64,000 nt of DNA, from NCBI GenBank assembly GCA_965227295.1, contig OZ245742.1, positions 4,064,001-4,128,000 on the forward strand, written 5' to 3'. This document shows, one piece after another, positions 59,337-64,000 of the stretch. The position numbers and the translations under genes were made by a program. The stretch is from Leptonemataceae bacterium. Its GTDB lineage: Bacteria; Spirochaetota; Leptospiria; Leptospirales; Leptonemataceae. The first letter of the stretch is position 1, and the number at the start of each line of letters is the position of its first letter. The notes under the pieces are model-generated. The model was not told the DNA's origin and ran no database searches. It worked only from the letters and a program-made list of their open reading frames with translations.

Positions 59337-59825
59337 CTAACCGGCGTTCTTTTTTGATTGTCTGGACGATTTTTTGGCGGCGGTTTTCTTGCGCGCGGAT
59401 GCCTGAGGTTTCGTTGCGGCCGGCCGTGAGCGTTTCCCGGGCTGCGCCTCTTCCACGGCTTTGAGGGCGGCCAGGCAGATGGCCCGGGCGGCGGTGGGCG
59501 CGACGGCCTTGAAGAGCAGGGCCGCGGCCTTGCTTTTGCCCGGTTGTTTGATCAGCGTGCACTCGAAGTTCCCGTCCAGCTCCGGACGTTGCGACAGACA
59601 TTCGAGGCGAATTTTCTTTGCGGCCAGCGCCGTGAGCACCTCTTCGACAGCCGTGGAGGCGTCGTCGGAGTACGCGGGAATAAAACCATGACCGCGGCTG
59701 TGACGGAAGCCGTATTCGCCGCGGTCCGGCCAGAGGCGATCGTGGCGATTGCGGACCCAGCCCATGACGTGTTCGGCCACCCGGGCGTCGAGCTTGAAGT
59801 CGCTATGTTCGATGGGTCTGCGCAC
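59337..59825 (-). CDS. Phage ABA-sandwich (BC1872-like) domain protein with Lys-rich tail (start uncertain)
   Basis: LDARVAEHVMGW...PAYSDD...APTAARAICLAALKAV. Confidence 0.65.
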   Translation of the reverse strand: MRRPIEHSDFKLDARVAEHVMGWVRNRHDRLWPDRGEYGFRHSRGHGFIPAYSDDASTAVEEVLTALAAKKIRLECLSQRPELDGNFECTLIKQPGKSKAAALLFKAVAPTAARAICLAALKAVEEAQPGKRSRPAATKPQASARKKTAAKKSSRQSKKNAG

Positions 59826-59927
59826 TGCTATAAGTATCGGCCGGCGCGCGTTTCGCGGCCGTGCGAATCCGGGAAAATATTTACGAAAATCGATTGCGGG
59901 CCGGCTCGCGGGGATCACAGTCCGGGC

Positions 59928-60830
59928 ATGCGCATTTCGATCATCGTGCCCACTCTCAACGAAGAAGAGTTCCTTCCGGTCTTGCTTGAGTCCGTAAAAA
60001 AACAGTCCTTCACGGATTACGAAATCATTGTGGCCGATGCAGGCTCCACGGATCGCACCGCGAAAATCGCGAAGAGTTACGGGGCGCAGGTGGTGCCCGG
60101 CGGCATGCCCGGTCCGGGACGGAACCGCGGCGCCGAGGTGGCCCAGGGGGAGTTCTTATTCTTCTTCGATGCCGACGTCGAACTGGAGGACCGCGACTTT
60201 CTTGCGAAGGCTCTCTCCGAACTGGACGAACGTTTCCTGGACGTGGCCACCTGCGAGTTCTGGCCGAAATCGGACCTGCGCCTGGACGACGTCATGTTTC
60301 GTGTCACGAATCTTTCCATGAAAATGAACGAGTCTATCAGCCCGCGCGCACCGGGCTTCTGTATCCTGATCACCCGGCGCCTCTTCCGACGCATCAATGG
60401 ATTCGACGAAACACTGAAGCTGGCCGAGGACCACGATCTCGTGCAGCGCGCCGCGGAGTTTCGCACGTTTCGCGTACTGAAAAATTCTTCTATTAAAGTG
60501 AGCATCCGCCGCCTGGAAAAAGAAGGCCGCTTCGCCCTCACGCAAAAGTATCTCCAGGTGGAAATGCATCTGCTCTTTAAGGGCAACATTCGCGACGAAA
60601 TCGTGGAATACGAGTTCGGCAACTTCGGAAACGAGAAAGACGGCAAGGGCATTCTGGATCGCCTGGAAAGCTCGATCATCGATCTGGAAAAGGCCTACGA
60701 TCGGCAGTTCGGCAAGAACGCGGACGGCGATACGGCGGACGACAAGACCGGCGACTCCGCCTTCGAAAAACTGCGTTCCGGCTTCGACAGCGCCGTGAAG
60801 TCCCTGGGCGATCTGCTAAAGGTACGATGA
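59928..60830 (+). CDS. GT2 glycosyltransferase
   Basis: ISIIVPTLNEE, DAGSTD, RNRGA, FFDAD, GFDE..AED. Confidence 0.93.
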   Translation: MRISIIVPTLNEEEFLPVLLESVKKQSFTDYEIIVADAGSTDRTAKIAKSYGAQVVPGGMPGPGRNRGAEVAQGEFLFFFDADVELEDRDFLAKALSELDERFLDVATCEFWPKSDLRLDDVMFRVTNLSMKMNESISPRAPGFCILITRRLFRRINGFDETLKLAEDHDLVQRAAEFRTFRVLKNSSIKVSIRRLEKEGRFALTQKYLQVEMHLLFKGNIRDEIVEYEFGNFGNEKDGKGILDRLESSIIDLEKAYDRQFGKNADGDTADDKTGDSAFEKLRSGFDSAVKSLGDLLKVR

Positions 60831-60837
60831 TCGAACG

Positions 60838-62538
60838 TTAGAGTCCGATGCCGAACGCCGAGTTCCCCTGCTCGCCGGTAATCGTGACGTCGGCATCGGC
60901 CGGCCCGCTGACATGGGCAAACCCCGGCCGGCCGTAGAAAATATAAATGCGCCCCTGGAAGAGTCCGAGCCCGCCGTCGAGGCGGTGCGCGCCGACGACC
61001 AGGTCCGCAATCCCGTCGCGATTCAGGTCCGCCGTCGCGGCGATGTTCCCGAAGCCGCCGTTGGCCGTATCCCCCACCAGGATCTGTGTCGCGGCCGCAT
61101 CCGTAAAAGTGGCCGGCGGTGTTCCGTCATAAATGTACAGTCTTCCCAGCGAAGACGAAAACGACGGAGCAAAGTATACGATCTCATCGACGTTATCGCC
61201 GTCCGTATCGAAACACTGGATGATGGTGCCGCTCGTCGGTTTGCCGGACGCGTCGGCGGCCGAGTCCAGGCGGTCGAAGCTCGCGACAGACGAGCCCATA
61301 AAGAAGTACATCTGCGGCGAGACGCTGCTTTCCACGGCGAAATCCGTTACGCCGTCGTTGTTGATATCACAGGCCTCCGGTGCGGTACCGAACTCATCCG
61401 CGAGAGTTCCGGTAAACGTTGCCGCAGATAAACTTAGCGCAGAACCGGACAGACCGTCCGTACGCCCGTGAATGACGTACGCGCGGCCGTTATTGGCGCC
61501 GGAGGCGTAGCCCGCGGCACCGACGATCAGGTCCGCGAAATTGTCGTCGTTGAAGTATCCGATGTCCGAAGCCACGGCGAGGGTGTCGCCGGTGTTTTCC
61601 GCATCCAGCAGAAAGTCCGCCGCCTGGGCGTTGCGGCTGCTGATGCCCGACGCCGTACCGTAGTGGAGAAAAAGATTGTTCTGCCCCTGAATACGCGCGG
61701 CAAGATCCGCGAAGCCGTCGCCGTTCAAATCGCCGACGGATATGGACCGGGCCTGGCCGAAGAACGCGGTGGTCTGAGATTCGATCAGGGTGTTCGCGGT
61801 ACTCACGCTCCGATCGCCGGAGAACCGCGTGCTGCCTCCGTGAAAGATGTAGACCGCGCCGGCGCTGCCCACGGGAACCGAGCGATCCCGCGCGGGCACG
61901 AAGATATCGGCATAACCGTCGCCGTTCACGTCGCCGAAGAGAATGCGGCTGCCGAAGTTCTCGCCGCTCACCACGCCGGAAATCGTCGCGTCGGCGGACG
62001 CGGCGGAGGTCACCGAAGAAAACGAGCTGTCCGGTGAATAGAAGATATAGACCCGCCCCTCGTTCGTTGCGTTTGTATCGTAGAGTTCGGCTCCAACCAC
62101 CAGGTCCGCGTAGCCGTCGCCGTCCAGGTCGCGATTTTCACCGGTGCGCACGGTGGCGCTGACCGTAGCGGACTCGTTCCAGAACACGGACGACGTGCGG
62201 ATGAAGACGGCGTGACTCGTCCCGGGCCGCACCGACGGCCAGCGAAAGCGCCAGGAAGTACCGTCCGCATCGAAGGTGGCCGGTTGATAAGCCCCGCCGT
62301 CGATGGAGACCTCGACACCCCGGCCGCCGGAGAGCGCCGGCACGGTGCCGGTAATGAAGCCGCTGTTGATTTGCCCGCCTTCGACGAGATTCACGTTCTC
62401 CGGCCCGAGGGGTTTGCCCCAGATGAAAAATGCCGCGGGCTGGCAGAACACGTCCGCGGCGGTGCAACTGCTCTCCGTCCCGCTGCAGTGCGCGCCCAGG
62501 AACAGTGCGCAGCTAAAAACTAAAGTTGCTCGAATCAT
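60838..62538 (-). CDS. FG-GAP repeat lipoprotein with N-terminal Ig-like domain
   Basis: FLGAHC lipobox; repeated D(L/V)(N/D)GDG(Y/F)AD..VGA motifs. Confidence 0.9.
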   Translation of the reverse strand: MIRATLVFSCALFLGAHCSGTESSCTAADVFCQPAAFFIWGKPLGPENVNLVEGGQINSGFITGTVPALSGGRGVEVSIDGGAYQPATFDADGTSWRFRWPSVRPGTSHAVFIRTSSVFWNESATVSATVRTGENRDLDGDGYADLVVGAELYDTNATNEGRVYIFYSPDSSFSSVTSAASADATISGVVSGENFGSRILFGDVNGDGYADIFVPARDRSVPVGSAGAVYIFHGGSTRFSGDRSVSTANTLIESQTTAFFGQARSISVGDLNGDGFADLAARIQGQNNLFLHYGTASGISSRNAQAADFLLDAENTGDTLAVASDIGYFNDDNFADLIVGAAGYASGANNGRAYVIHGRTDGLSGSALSLSAATFTGTLADEFGTAPEACDINNDGVTDFAVESSVSPQMYFFMGSSVASFDRLDSAADASGKPTSGTIIQCFDTDGDNVDEIVYFAPSFSSSLGRLYIYDGTPPATFTDAAATQILVGDTANGGFGNIAATADLNRDGIADLVVGAHRLDGGLGLFQGRIYIFYGRPGFAHVSGPADADVTITGEQGNSAFGIGL

Positions 62539-62541
62539 AAG

Positions 62542-63894
62542 TTAACGTTTTAGAAAGTCGCGGTACCACAGCCCGCTGTCTTTGATGGTTCGTTTCTGCG
62601 TTTCGAAATCGACATGCACGATGCCGAAACGTTTTGCGTAGCCTTCGCGCCATTCCAGGTTGTCCAGCAGGCTCCAGGCGAAGTAGCCCGTGAGATTGAC
62701 GCCTTCCTGCTGCGCCTGGAGACAGCGCGCGAGATAGTTCCGATAATAGGCGACGCGGCGTTCGTCGCGCACGCGGCCGTCCGCCCCGGGCCCTTCCGGA
62801 AACGCCGCGCCGTTTTCAGTGATCATGAGCGCGGGAATTTCCGGATAGTCGCCGAACTTTTTCAGGATTTGATAGATGCCCGGAGGATAGATTTCCCAGC
62901 CCATGTCCGTACGCTCGGCGTGTTTCGGTAACTTCTGCTCGCGGAACTTTAAGAACGGCACGTACCAGGCCGGACGCACCACGGCGCGGGAGTAATGGTT
63001 GATACCCAGGAAGTGAAACGGAAACTGCACGGTGTCCATGTCGCCGTCTTCGATGTAGCGTTCCATTTTGCGCAGCACGGGCAAGGACTCCACGGGATAG
63101 CCGCGACCGACGACCGGGTCCACGTAGAGGCGATTGAAAAACGCGTCGTGACGCTCCAGGGCCCGTATGTCCCGCGGCCCGTCGGAGCGCGGGTAGCCGG
63201 CGAGCGTGGAAATCGTGGTGCCGATGTTTGCGCCCGGACGTTCGGCGGCCACGGCCCGGGCAGCGCGGCCCTGGGCGAGCATGCAGTAGTGTGATGCCTT
63301 GAGCAGCGTTCGCAGGCCGAAGCGTTGCGGGGGGAAGTACCGAATGCCGTAGCCGAGCATGAGAAAGACGAAGGGTTCGTTGATGATGATCCAGTCTTCG
63401 ACAAGATCGCCCAACTCCCTTGCACACGTTTGCGCATACTCCGCGAAGTGGTCGGCGATTTCCCGCGAGGCCCAGCCGCCGCGGCGTTCCAGTTCCAGTG
63501 GCAGGTCCCAGTGATACAACGTGGCATAAGGACGGATGCCGGCGGAGTGCAGTGCTTCGGCCAGGCGTTTGTAAAAGTCCATGCCCTTCGCATTCAAACC
63601 GCCCGCGCGCGTGCCGTCGGGAAAAACACGTGGCCACGAGATGGAAAAACGATACGCATCCAGGCCCAACTCGCTCATGAGCGCGACGTCTTCGCGCACA
63701 CGATGATAATGATCGCAGGCGACGTTGCCGGTGTCGCCGTTTTTGATTTTCCCGCGCCGGGCAAAATCGTCCCAGATGGACGGTCCCTTGCCGTCTTCGT
63801 CATGGGCCCCTTCGATCTGATACGAGGCCGTGGCCGCGCCCCATACGAAATCCTTTCCGAAATCCGAGGCGCGCAGTTCCGTGACTTCGTTCAT
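62542..63894 (-). CDS. GH1 beta-glucosidase
   Basis: WGAATASYQIEG, YRFSISWPR, TLYHWDLP, INEP, ITENG, DNLEW. Confidence 0.96.
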   Translation of the reverse strand: MNEVTELRASDFGKDFVWGAATASYQIEGAHDEDGKGPSIWDDFARRGKIKNGDTGNVACDHYHRVREDVALMSELGLDAYRFSISWPRVFPDGTRAGGLNAKGMDFYKRLAEALHSAGIRPYATLYHWDLPLELERRGGWASREIADHFAEYAQTCARELGDLVEDWIIINEPFVFLMLGYGIRYFPPQRFGLRTLLKASHYCMLAQGRAARAVAAERPGANIGTTISTLAGYPRSDGPRDIRALERHDAFFNRLYVDPVVGRGYPVESLPVLRKMERYIEDGDMDTVQFPFHFLGINHYSRAVVRPAWYVPFLKFREQKLPKHAERTDMGWEIYPPGIYQILKKFGDYPEIPALMITENGAAFPEGPGADGRVRDERRVAYYRNYLARCLQAQQEGVNLTGYFAWSLLDNLEWREGYAKRFGIVHVDFETQKRTIKDSGLWYRDFLKR

Positions 63895-64000
63895 GCGTAC
63901 GCAGAGTACAGACGAAGCACGAGCACCGCAACAGGAAATATCATGCAAAACCGAAGCATCTTTTCGTCGGCGGCTCCGGCTTCGTCGGGAATTTCGTGCT

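Overview
High-GC bacterial chromosomal segment, most likely from a Leptospiraceae/Leptospirales spirochaete. This is inferred from the spirochaete-type FliM, a TIGR04388-like giant protein, a DUF1554/Len-like protein and FG-GAP lipoproteins. Core genes are fliM, lepA, an acyl-CoA dehydrogenase, an MCP and a GH1 glucosidase. Accessory elements: (1) a tandem second fliM with a changed CheY-binding peptide, preceded by a ~180-nt rod-shaped ncRNA candidate; (2) a ~2040-aa signal-peptide-bearing protein ending in a HINT domain and an AT-richer toxin-like tip, followed by a candidate immunity gene; (3) a 6-kb nest of mobile DNA containing an eroded IS481, an IS481 carrying a Cas2/VapD-like passenger gene, a complete group II intron, an eroded transposase and a second 5' fragment of the same intron; (4) an ABC-exported glycan locus with a GDP-mannose 3,5-epimerase-like enzyme and two beta-propeller (GT91/GH130-like) paralogs; (5) a Rieske oxygenase fusion/MFS/FMO/aquaporin cluster; (6) a 1011-aa fusion of a protein-glutaminase-like Cys-His-Asp domain to an M20 amidohydrolase whose C-terminal motifs are in swapped order. 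All family assignments come from motif recognition by eye, not database searches. No CRISPR array, rRNA or tRNA was seen.
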